58,329 nt of DNA from Armatimonadota bacterium (lineage in GTDB: Bacteria; Armatimonadota; UBA5829; DTLH01), in the NCBI GenBank assembly GCA_039679675.1, contig JBDKUN010000025.1:1-58329 (forward strand), given 5' to 3'. Position numbers and translations under genes: made by a program. The notes under the pieces are model-generated. The model was not told the DNA's origin and did not search any database. It was given only the letters and a program-made list of their open reading frames with translations. Positions within the stretch are counted from its first letter, which is position 1; every line of letters starts with the position of its first letter. Shown piece after piece: positions 1 through 8,773 of this stretch.

Positions 1-1
1 C

Positions 2-127
2 AGATTTGAGACTCTTAACGACCTCAAGGATGCTGCACGTAGCACTTTTGATTCGTTGATAGGTGCTCCCTGGCGAGTGCTCAGCATTATTGGAGGCAAC
101 AGACTACATCTAGCGGAGGCTACTTAG
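2..127 (+). mobile_element. 3' end of a probable IS630-family transposase (partial; window starts inside it)
   Basis: Open frame 2-127 reads RFETLNDLKDAARSTFDSLIGAPWRVLSIIGGNRLHLAEAT*. This resembles the F-x-T-x3-L...F-x2-L-x3-P-x2-V-x-S-I C-terminal helix pattern of IS630/DDE_3 transposases. It ends on a TA (125-126). Not in the ORF track. Confidence 0.45.
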
Positions 128-657
128 AATGCCTGATCAGCTCTGTTGTAGGAAACACCTACCCGGACAACGGCTATTCTTCTAGTGAATGACATTACAG
201 GGACCGCAACATCGTATAGTTTCTGATCTTTTACATCAGTTGCCTGTACACTCGTAATTTCGAGCGCTTTTTGGGACAATTCATCTATAAGCCGGGTCCC
301 TCTATACCGGGTATTAGTGTGGACGATAGCTTGCCCGTTAGGCTGCATCACGATTATGTACTGGATGTCTTTCTGCTTTACGAGGTCCGAAAAATACTCC
401 TGCAGCTTGTCGAAGTTACCGTTTTTAATATCATCTCTTGATGTAACGGCGATTGTTTCCGCAATAGCTTCGCCTTTCGACCTTATCTCGCTTTGAATCA
501 TATCTCTTGCACGGCTCTTGATTGTTGCTGTCTGCCAGAACATAACGCCGTAGAGGACCAGCCCGGCCAGTATAAGCACGCCGATGAAGTATAAAGGCCA
601 CCTGAGCTTTACTTTTCGGTCCAAAAACGCCGGTCTTTGATGCAAGGTCTCTTCCAT
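124..657 (-). CDS. Membrane-anchored stand-alone Cache/PDC-type sensor-domain protein
   Basis: One N-terminal TM helix (WPLYFIGVLILAGLVLYGVMFW), then a long helix and PDC-like strands (IQYIIVMQPNGQAIVHT...YDVAVPV...AVVRVGVS). Start moved to ATG 657, which has AGGAGG 9 nt upstream. Confidence 0.7.
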   Translation of the reverse strand: MEETLHQRPAFLDRKVKLRWPLYFIGVLILAGLVLYGVMFWQTATIKSRARDMIQSEIRSKGEAIAETIAVTSRDDIKNGNFDKLQEYFSDLVKQKDIQYIIVMQPNGQAIVHTNTRYRGTRLIDELSQKALEITSVQATDVKDQKLYDVAVPVMSFTRRIAVVRVGVSYNRADQAF

Positions 658-740
658 AACATTTTGCCTCCTGTAAGGTCGTTTTAGCTGCCACATTTTA
701 GGCTGACAGAGGCATTGATGTCAAACTCATATACTGCATC

Positions 741-1919
741 TCAGAACGAGTCTATGAGATAAAATACCGGAGTCCTCTTTGGGAAGATAGTTGCGAGCAG
801 TTCCGCGCCGGGCCGCATGGGGAGAATCTCAGCTGGATTTCGATAGCCGAAAACAAGGTTAAAGAGTTGATATTGCGTAAGCCCGATTTTCATCTCGGAT
901 TGCTGGTCAGATACAGTAACATGACCGGGTGAAATGCCGAGATTAACATCACCAATACCGTCTACTGCGATATTTACCAGTGCCTCACTTTGCACATTTG
1001 CGGCCTGCAGCGAAAGCTCAGGCAGCAGCCGCTCAAACATATCGCGCAGGTTCAATACTTTCACCATCATGTAATTGCACGTTTTGGGCTTAAGAGGCGA
1101 GGCGATTTCTGCAATAGCAGTATTTATTGTGCTGTAATATGACAGACGGCATATGAGTTCCTCAGCATGCGCATCTGCAGCAAGCTCCCACACTTTATGT
1201 ATCAGGGCCTTGATTGAACCTTCATGCCCCTTGCTGTAGCAAACCTCCGAAATCTGATAGGATTTACTGTAAACATGACCTGCGGCATAGCCTGCTATCT
1301 CACCATCGCGTTCTGCTACCCAAATATCAAAAGGCTCAGCATCAGGGTCGATCGCAAATCCTCTCCAGTAGCCGGGAGTACGTACTGTGGACAGTGCGAT
1401 ATCGGAATTAAACTCGTTATAGATAGAAACTACGGCTTCGGCGTCCTTGTTTTCATAAGGCCGTACTGTGTACGACGTCTCGGACGGAGTCAGGCGGGGT
1501 TTCAGCCTTGCAGCGCCGACAGGAAAGTCGATTGTGCAGTATCCCAGGCGTTCGTAAAAGGGATTGATGCCGGTGAACAGCATCGAAAAGTCCATTCCGC
1601 CATTGAGCATAACCTTGATGGCATCCCTCATAGTTGCTGACGAGTATCCCTTTCCATGGGACTCCGGAAGCGTGCCTACATTTCCGATTCCGCCCATAAC
1701 AAGCGTCGAACTGCCGCACCTGACTTCGCGGCGGACGATCTGCACAGCGCTTACTATGCGGCCATCGTCTTCGCAGACGCGGGTATACTCAGGAGTAAAC
1801 CAGGGGTCTCCGTAGAAGTATCGCTTGAAGTAACTGCGTGATGTATTTACAAAAGATTTGTCCCATAAATCGAGACACCTGTCGATCTCATCGGGCCTGA
1901 TGCTTCTGATAATCATCAA
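741..1919 (-). CDS. Eis-like GNAT acetyltransferase (two GNAT folds plus SCP2-like C-terminus)
   Basis: GGIGNVGTLPESHGKGYS acetyl-CoA motif, FYERLGY motif, 392-aa Eis-type architecture. Start overlaps the cdd stop. Confidence 0.85.
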   Translation of the reverse strand: MMIIRSIRPDEIDRCLDLWDKSFVNTSRSYFKRYFYGDPWFTPEYTRVCEDDGRIVSAVQIVRREVRCGSSTLVMGGIGNVGTLPESHGKGYSSATMRDAIKVMLNGGMDFSMLFTGINPFYERLGYCTIDFPVGAARLKPRLTPSETSYTVRPYENKDAEAVVSIYNEFNSDIALSTVRTPGYWRGFAIDPDAEPFDIWVAERDGEIAGYAAGHVYSKSYQISEVCYSKGHEGSIKALIHKVWELAADAHAEELICRLSYYSTINTAIAEIASPLKPKTCNYMMVKVLNLRDMFERLLPELSLQAANVQSEALVNIAVDGIGDVNLGISPGHVTVSDQQSEMKIGLTQYQLFNLVFGYRNPAEILPMRPGAELLATIFPKRTPVFYLIDSF

Positions 1920-2314
1920 ACATCACTGTCGGGCTTGAAGTCCGTAAACCCGAAGGGCATGTAGTCCGAGAGCGACCTCACGATAACAGAGCCGTCAGTG
2001 CTTGCCGATATGATAGCTGGGGATTTACTTCCTGCAAATTCCTGTATCACCTGAAGGCAGGCACCGCATGGGCTGGCTGCGCCGTTTGTTACTATTGCTA
2101 AGGCTGTTATTTCACGCTCTCCTGAAGCTACTGCGTTCGCTATAGCGACACGTTCCGCACAGATTGTAAGGCCGAAAGAGGCATTCTCGATGTTGCAGCC
2201 TGTAAAGATGCGGCCGCTTGATGTAAGCACAGCAGCACCCACTGGAAACTTCGAATAAGGCGCATATGCGTTCTTTCTTGCCTCTTCCGCTGCACGAATC
2301 AGCTCGTTATTCAA
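1916..2314 (-). CDS. cdd: Cytidine deaminase (homotetrameric type)
   Basis: AYAPYSKFPVGAA, GCNIENAS, CAER and PCGAC zinc motifs. AGGAG upstream of a TTG start. Confidence 0.95.
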   Translation of the reverse strand: MNNELIRAAEEARKNAYAPYSKFPVGAAVLTSSGRIFTGCNIENASFGLTICAERVAIANAVASGEREITALAIVTNGAASPCGACLQVIQEFAGSKSPAIISASTDGSVIVRSLSDYMPFGFTDFKPDSDV

Positions 2315-2593
2315 TCTATATTCTCCTTTTTTACAGGGACAGGATATTTTGCATGGTTCAGATTACCTTGTATTATAGCAAATACTATTCTGCATGCAAC
2401 TTCGTTGCGGAAAAACAAACAAATATCTATAAAGCACCCATTTTTTGCTATTGACTGCTCGGCAACCCCTAATCATAATGTGATTGTTGATGACTGCAGG
2501 ATTGCATGGGGTGTGTATACTATGATGGTCATGCGAAGTACTTTATTACCAGCAAAAAGAAGGTTGTCCTGGCAGCCCACAGTAGATAATAAT

Positions 2594-4318
2594 ATGAAAC
2601 TATCCAAAATAATTGCCTGTACATTCTGGCTATCGATACTTTTAGTCCCGCAAGCAGCAATCTGCCAACAATCTGCAACCAAACCAACTGTAGGTGTTTA
2701 TTACTTTCCCGGCTGGTACCGCGCCAGCGGGGAAACTTACGGGCATGACAACTCCAAAGACTGGAGCGAATGGCGAGGTGCTATCGCTAAAGCCCCGTAT
2801 CCACGCCCACTTTGCGGGTTTTATGACGACTCTGACCCAAGACTCTGGAGTTACTACATAAAGTGGATGACCAGCCACGGTATCAACTTCATAGGATTCG
2901 ACTGGTATTATAACGACAAGCAGGACTACATCTACGAATCCCTGGATAGAGGCTTCCTTGGAAATAAATCGAACCAGGACATAGATTTCTGCCTGACCTG
3001 GTGCAACCACGGTGGTTACTGGTGGGACAGGCCGCTCGATCAGTCAAAACCGGCGCTTATCGAGATGATCGATAGAGCCTCTGCAAGATATTTCTACAGG
3101 CCGAACTATCTTAAAATAGACGGTAAACCAGTATTTATGGTCTATGATTCTGATATTCTGATGAGTTTCGGCGGAATAGACGGCGCAAAAGCCGGAATCC
3201 AGGCCATGCGCGAATGTGCGAGGAAAAACGGCTACCCAGACCTGTATCTGGTCGGCATATACTCCAGCAATTCAGCTTCATACATAGATATACTGAAAGA
3301 GCTCGGTTATGATGCGTTTTGCGCCTACAACTATGCAGGAATGCGCGGCGCAAAGGTAAACTGGAACTCTGTGTCTTATCCTTACAGCCTGGTCGTGGAT
3401 AATGTAGTAGATAACATCCACCCGTTCCTTGCGAAAGTTGGTAAAGAGAAAGGTATTACGTATTGGCCGACCGTATTTGCCGGTTGGGACGATAGACCTA
3501 GGTCTGGTCTTGAAAAATCCATTGTACTCACCGATAACAATCCTCAAGAGTTCGGCCGAATGATGCAAAGCGGAGTCAAAAATATTGACCCTTCAAGCCC
3601 TGTCGTTATACTCGAAGCGTGGAACGAATGGGGAGAAGGTGCCTGCATAGAGCCGTCGAAGAAATACGGTTTCGGTTATCTGCAAGAAATCTCAAAGGCT
3701 TTGGGAATAACTGCCGGAGATGAATCTCTGCCTTCAAAAGATGAGATTTTGAGCTGGAGTGCGCTTTCACCGTCCGAAGTCGATACGGCACAGAAAAACG
3801 AAGCTAAAGAGTGGCCGGTGAAAGACCCAGTGCTCTACAAATACGGCAAGAGTTACAGCGTGCGGAAGGCCAAGATGCCGGTTGTAGTCAGCTTCGAGCA
3901 GAACAAAATAGCCGCTCGAAGTTTGATGGCTGAGAATCTGAAAGCTGTCGACTGCGACAAGGAAGGGCTTGTTTTGGAGGTCACAGGCAATTGTCCGCGG
4001 CTTCATATAAAGCTTCCGAAGATACAGGCCGCGCAGATCAAGAAGATAGTCCTGGAAGCCGAAGTGCTGGATTCTGCTCCCGAACATCAGACGCCTGTCC
4101 TCTTTGAAATCTTTTTCAAAACAGCTCTGATGCCGGATTGCTCCGCATTTGCATCAGCGCATCTTCCGCCTCTCGAAAATGGCAAGACCTCTATTCTCAC
4201 GAGTAACATAATGTCCTGGGAGAAGTTTGGAACCCCTGTCACCGGAATCAGGCTCGACTTCGGCAGTGGCGTAGTGCATAAGGTTCGCTTGAAAAGATTG
4301 ACTATACTAGACAAGTAG
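2594..4318 (+). CDS. Secreted GH99-like/WbsX-like glycoside hydrolase with C-terminal beta-rich domain
   Basis: Signal peptide from ATG 2594 (MKLSKIIACTFWLSILLVPQAAIC), VYYFPGW, PLCGFYD, GWDDRPR and the AWNEWGEG catalytic motif. Confidence 0.8.
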   Translation: MKLSKIIACTFWLSILLVPQAAICQQSATKPTVGVYYFPGWYRASGETYGHDNSKDWSEWRGAIAKAPYPRPLCGFYDDSDPRLWSYYIKWMTSHGINFIGFDWYYNDKQDYIYESLDRGFLGNKSNQDIDFCLTWCNHGGYWWDRPLDQSKPALIEMIDRASARYFYRPNYLKIDGKPVFMVYDSDILMSFGGIDGAKAGIQAMRECARKNGYPDLYLVGIYSSNSASYIDILKELGYDAFCAYNYAGMRGAKVNWNSVSYPYSLVVDNVVDNIHPFLAKVGKEKGITYWPTVFAGWDDRPRSGLEKSIVLTDNNPQEFGRMMQSGVKNIDPSSPVVILEAWNEWGEGACIEPSKKYGFGYLQEISKALGITAGDESLPSKDEILSWSALSPSEVDTAQKNEAKEWPVKDPVLYKYGKSYSVRKAKMPVVVSFEQNKIAARSLMAENLKAVDCDKEGLVLEVTGNCPRLHIKLPKIQAAQIKKIVLEAEVLDSAPEHQTPVLFEIFFKTALMPDCSAFASAHLPPLENGKTSILTSNIMSWEKFGTPVTGIRLDFGSGVVHKVRLKRLTILDK

Positions 4319-4333
4319 GCGCAGGAATTGTTT

Positions 4334-6277
4334 ATGCTTCATATAGACTACAAAACGTATTTTGACCGCGTATACGGATGCTGGCTGGGAAAGTGCATTG
4401 CCGGAACCATCGGCGCGCCTTATGAGGGAATGAAGGAGTTGCTAAACTTCGATTACGACCCTTCGATGACCGCCAAAATGCTTCCAAATGACGATCTCGA
4501 CCTCCAGGTGTTGTGGCTCTCCGTCCTGGAAGAAAAAGGCATCAGTTTTACTTCCGATGACCTTGCAGATGCCTTCCTTAGCAAGTGTCCCTATTCTCCC
4601 GGTGAGTATGGGATTTTCAAAAAGAACTACGCTCGTAAGATCCACCCGCCTCTTTCCGGCGAATATAACAACAGATACTACTTGGAAGGGATGGGCTGCC
4701 CGATCAGGTCCGAGATATGGGCTTGTATAGCTCCGGGTAACCCCGAGCTTGCGGCAAAGTGTGCTGGAAAAGACGGAGTCCTAGACCATGCGGGAAATTC
4801 GGTGTATGCCGAGCAATTCTTGGCCGGAATGCAGGCTGCGGCATTCTTCGAAAGCGATTTACTGAAGCTGATTGATACTGGCCTTTCTTTGATACCATCT
4901 GATTGCAAGTTCGCCGGATTGGTGCGAGACGTAAAGTCCTGGTACACCCAAAACTCCGACTGGAAATACGTGCGAAGCAAGATCATAAAGTTTTACGGTC
5001 ATCCTGACTGCACGAACATGTATCAGAATATGGGGTTCACGCTCCTTTCGCTCCTCGCTGGCGAGATGGACTTCTTAAAAACCACAATGATCGCCCTGAA
5101 CTGTGGCTACGACACGGACTGCACATGCGCTTCAGCCGGTGCGCTTCTTGGGATCATTTATGGATCTCAATATCTGACTGAAAAATACGGGTTCGGCGAT
5201 CAAAAGTATGTGCTGGGAGTCGATATAACCCGCAGGTCGGATAGCGTTTGTGACCTGGCTGAAGACACCTGCCTGATGGGCCTCTATTTCGCGGGACAGT
5301 TCGACTCGAATATAGTTATCGAAGGTGGTCCCACAGCGCCTGTTATAAATACGATAGCTCATGCACCCGTCTCCATATCGGTTGAGTATAATGATTCATT
5401 ACCAGCTATTGGTTTAGGTGATTCGAAACAAATACTAATTCATCTTGAAAACCGGACAGATAAGGAGATATCAGTCAAACTCAGAGCAGAAGTTCCTTCT
5501 AACTGGAACGCCAATATACCCTACAGTGATATTCAACTGCTTCCTTCTGGTTTCGGCTCATTCGTTCTGGATATAACCGTCCCGTCAGATGTCAGGACAC
5601 TGCAAGAGACAAACATATGCAGAGCGCTCTTCGAGTCAGACGAGGTCGGGACGTTCAGCTACGAGTTTGGAATCGTCGGGGCGGCTGTATGGCAGCTCTA
5701 CGGCCCGTTCTGGCAGAATAACGTGGATATGTCCGAGCTGAAACCTGGTGAAAGCTACTACAAGTATTTCCCTCCCGGTGATAAAGATACTGCTCTCGAC
5801 CAGGTAAGAGCGTATCATCTCAATGCCAGAGTGGATATCGACAAAGAGCATATGACCCTAGATGAGCTTACCAGCCACAAAGGTCATCCCGTCGATGCCG
5901 CAAGGGAGCCGGAACTGGTAAGTACATACGAAGACAGGTTTTCCCTAAATGACCTGATTGACTTCCAGGGGCCGTGCGCAGTTTACATGGTGCGGAAATT
6001 GATTTCACCAGAAGACCGCAGTGTCTGCATACAAATCGGGCATACTGATGCTTATTCACTCTGGATAAACGGCGACTTGATAAGCGAAAGCAAAGACGTA
6101 GACTGGTGGACCGCAGAAAACCGCCACGTACAGGATGTGCCGCTCCATAAGGGTGAAAACACGATTGTTCTGAAGCTGGTGCGGCGCGGAGCAAAGGCAG
6201 ATTTCAGTCTTATCTTTTCAAAGGGTGGTTCCTGCGCGGACCATTACTATGACTTTGCATCAGCAAACACTATATGA
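4334..6277 (+). CDS. ADP-ribosylglycohydrolase-family protein with Ig-like (NEW3-like) and PA14/galactose-binding-like C-terminal domains
   Basis: GCWLGKCIAGTIGAPYEG, PNDDLD and GYDTDC metal-binding motifs. The C-terminal half contains WQLYGPF and IGHTDAYSLWING...LHKGENTIVLKL patterns. Confidence 0.85.
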   Translation: MLHIDYKTYFDRVYGCWLGKCIAGTIGAPYEGMKELLNFDYDPSMTAKMLPNDDLDLQVLWLSVLEEKGISFTSDDLADAFLSKCPYSPGEYGIFKKNYARKIHPPLSGEYNNRYYLEGMGCPIRSEIWACIAPGNPELAAKCAGKDGVLDHAGNSVYAEQFLAGMQAAAFFESDLLKLIDTGLSLIPSDCKFAGLVRDVKSWYTQNSDWKYVRSKIIKFYGHPDCTNMYQNMGFTLLSLLAGEMDFLKTTMIALNCGYDTDCTCASAGALLGIIYGSQYLTEKYGFGDQKYVLGVDITRRSDSVCDLAEDTCLMGLYFAGQFDSNIVIEGGPTAPVINTIAHAPVSISVEYNDSLPAIGLGDSKQILIHLENRTDKEISVKLRAEVPSNWNANIPYSDIQLLPSGFGSFVLDITVPSDVRTLQETNICRALFESDEVGTFSYEFGIVGAAVWQLYGPFWQNNVDMSELKPGESYYKYFPPGDKDTALDQVRAYHLNARVDIDKEHMTLDELTSHKGHPVDAAREPELVSTYEDRFSLNDLIDFQGPCAVYMVRKLISPEDRSVCIQIGHTDAYSLWINGDLISESKDVDWWTAENRHVQDVPLHKGENTIVLKLVRRGAKADFSLIFSKGGSCADHYYDFASANTI

Positions 6278-8630
6278 GCGTCACGACGGTAGCGCCTGCG
6301 CCGCCTTCTGCCTGTTCTCCGAGCCTGTATGATTCCACAGCCGGACAGTCCTTCAGAAACTGCCAGACAGCGAGTTTCAGCGCACCAGTGCCTTTGCCGT
6401 GGATTATGCGGACCTGTGACAGCCCGGCTCCCTGAGCTTCATCCAGATACTTTTCGAGCTTATAGAGCGCCTGTTCAGCACGCTGGCCGATCAGGTTTAT
6501 CTCGCCGGAGATGTTCGCGGTCTTGGTGAGTGTCACGCTCATTCCGGTTGGCTCCGTGGCATGTTCTTCTTTTTTACTATTACCTCTGGACGGCCTTAGC
6601 GACGCCTCAGGGACATTCACACGCATTGCGCCGATCATCACGAGCGCTTCGCCGTCTCTAATATCATCCACCAGCACGCCTTCCTGGTTAAGGTTCGCAA
6701 TCCTCACGCTGTCGCCTTTCTTGAAGACTATACCTTCTACCGGAAGGTCTTCCTCAGGCTCAGGCTGCATGATAAGCTCATCACGGACCTTTTCGATGGA
6801 CTCCTTTGCTTCTTTCTTGATTCGCTCGGACTGTTTGCCTTCATGGCTGATCTTCGAGAGTTCAGAAAGCGACTTTTCCAACTTTTGGGTATATCGCTCT
6901 ATAACCTGTTTGCCCTGTATACGTACTTCATCCTCGACTCTGGCTCTCGCGGCCTGGAGTTTTCGGACTTCCTCTTCGTAGCGAAGTCGAAGTGTCTCTG
7001 CCTCGGTGAAAGATTTCTTCGCCTGGTGGCGGTCTTCCATAGCAGCCCGCTGGTTCTCCTCTATTCGCCTGATAATCTCGTCTGTGCTATTCTCTCGGCC
7101 TGAGAGCGCGTCTTCGGCTTGTTTTATAATATCAGAGGGCATGCCGAGCCTGGACGCAATCGCAAAAGCGTTGCTGCTGCCGGGTATCCCCATCATAAGC
7201 CTATAAGTCGGGCGAAGGGTTTCCAAATCAAATTCCACGCTTGAGTTTTGGATGCCTTCGCGAGCGAACGCGAATTCCTTCAACTCACCGTAGTGCGTAG
7301 TCGCGATCAGCCGGGCACCTTTAGCCATCAGGTGTTCAAGAATTGCCTTGGCAAGGGCAGCGCCTTCGGCGGGGTCGGTACCTGCTCCAAGCTCGTCGAA
7401 AAGAACAAGAGAGTTAGGCCGAATATCTTTTACAACGTTCACGATATTTCGCACATGCGCCGAAAAAGTCGATAGAGACTGCTCTATGCTCTGCTCATCT
7501 CCGATGTCCGCGAATACCTCGTCAAAAACGGCTACTTCCGTCCCTACACCAGCGGAAACATGCATTCCTGCCTGTGCCATCAAAGTAAGCAGACCGACCG
7601 TCTTCAACGTGACAGTCTTGCCTCCCGTGTTCGGTCCGGTGATAAGAAGCGCCTTGAACCTGCGCCCAAGCTCGATGTCTATCGGCACTACATCGCCCTG
7701 AAGAAGCGGATGCCGCGCCTGCACAAGCCTCATCCAGCCGTTATTGTTCAGAATCGGCTCAGTCGCGTCCATAGCGAGAGAAAGGTTCGCTTTCGCAGTA
7801 ACGAAGTCCAAGTGGCCCACAACTTCCAGCGTAGCAAGTGCATCCTGCGCAGATGCAGCTACTTCACTGCTCAGTTTTATCAGGACTTTTTCTACTTCCT
7901 CATTCTCTTTTGCAGCAAGATGCTTCAGATCGTTTCCAAGCTCGACTATCTGCTCTGGCTCTACGAAAACAGTGGCTCCTGAAGTGCTTGAATCGTGAAC
8001 AATACCCTTCACCTGTGCGCGGTATTCGATCTTCACCGGCACGCAGTAGCGGTCTTCGCGCTGAGTTACTACAGGGTCCTGGAGAGCCGTTCTATACTGT
8101 GACGACTGTATGATGGAATTCAGCCGTTCCATGATTTTCGAATGCTTGGATTTTATATCAGAACGAACGCGGGCGAGGGCAGGGCTGGCTGAGTCGAGCA
8201 CTTCGCCGCCCTGGCTTATCGACTGCGCAACATTCTTTTCTATATTCTCGAAGGTAGACATTCGGGAAGCGATCTCTCCGAGAAGAGGAAACTCGTCCAT
8301 TCGTTTTATCAGGAATCCGCGAAGCCTTCTTGCTGAGCCTAAGGTATGAGCCACACTGAGAAGTTCCACTGGAGTGAGCATCGATGCAAGCTCGGCTTTA
8401 TAAATGGAAGGGCGGATATCGGTTATTCCGCCGAGCGGTATGCTTCCCTGTAAAAGTAGTATTCCGCGAGCTTCGGAAGTCTCCGACTGCATGCGTTTGA
8501 TCCATTCGATATCCGTCTGGGGGACGAGCGCAAGCGCGCGCTCCCGGCCAAGAGAGCAGGCAGCGTGCTCCGCGAGCTTGTTGACAATCTTATCAAATTC
8601 AAGAACTTTAAGTGTGTGGCTTTCCATCAT
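6270..8630 (-). CDS. mutS2: MutS2 endonuclease / ribosome collision sensor
   Basis: LEFDKI start, ITGPNTGGKT P-loop, DELGAGTDP, coiled coil, C-terminal Smr domain (IIHGKGTG). Confidence 0.97.
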   Translation of the reverse strand: MMESHTLKVLEFDKIVNKLAEHAACSLGRERALALVPQTDIEWIKRMQSETSEARGILLLQGSIPLGGITDIRPSIYKAELASMLTPVELLSVAHTLGSARRLRGFLIKRMDEFPLLGEIASRMSTFENIEKNVAQSISQGGEVLDSASPALARVRSDIKSKHSKIMERLNSIIQSSQYRTALQDPVVTQREDRYCVPVKIEYRAQVKGIVHDSSTSGATVFVEPEQIVELGNDLKHLAAKENEEVEKVLIKLSSEVAASAQDALATLEVVGHLDFVTAKANLSLAMDATEPILNNNGWMRLVQARHPLLQGDVVPIDIELGRRFKALLITGPNTGGKTVTLKTVGLLTLMAQAGMHVSAGVGTEVAVFDEVFADIGDEQSIEQSLSTFSAHVRNIVNVVKDIRPNSLVLFDELGAGTDPAEGAALAKAILEHLMAKGARLIATTHYGELKEFAFAREGIQNSSVEFDLETLRPTYRLMMGIPGSSNAFAIASRLGMPSDIIKQAEDALSGRENSTDEIIRRIEENQRAAMEDRHQAKKSFTEAETLRLRYEEEVRKLQAARARVEDEVRIQGKQVIERYTQKLEKSLSELSKISHEGKQSERIKKEAKESIEKVRDELIMQPEPEEDLPVEGIVFKKGDSVRIANLNQEGVLVDDIRDGEALVMIGAMRVNVPEASLRPSRGNSKKEEHATEPTGMSVTLTKTANISGEINLIGQRAEQALYKLEKYLDEAQGAGLSQVRIIHGKGTGALKLAVWQFLKDCPAVESYRLGEQAEGGAGATVVTLI

Positions 8631-8639
8631 TTCCCATGA

Positions 8640-8668
8640 ATTATACCAAAGTGTTCGGTGTGCAGCAA
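8640..8668 (-). promoter_or_regulatory. Sigma70-type promoter of mutS2
   Basis: Minus strand reads TTGCTG-N17-TATAAT with TG extension; the -10 ends 10 nt before ATG 8630. Confidence 0.6.
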
Positions 8669-8773
8669 GGAAATAAGCAGATTATGGAAGTCCAGACGCT
8701 TGATAAAGCTTGCTTTGGGTGATAACCTAATAGAGCAAAGGAAGTTAACCTCATCCGAAGGATACTGATTTCT

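Noticed and set aside
2405..2593. Long N-terminal extension of the GH99-like ORF
   Set aside because: The signal peptide begins at ATG 2594; the upstream part looks like AT-rich promoter DNA.
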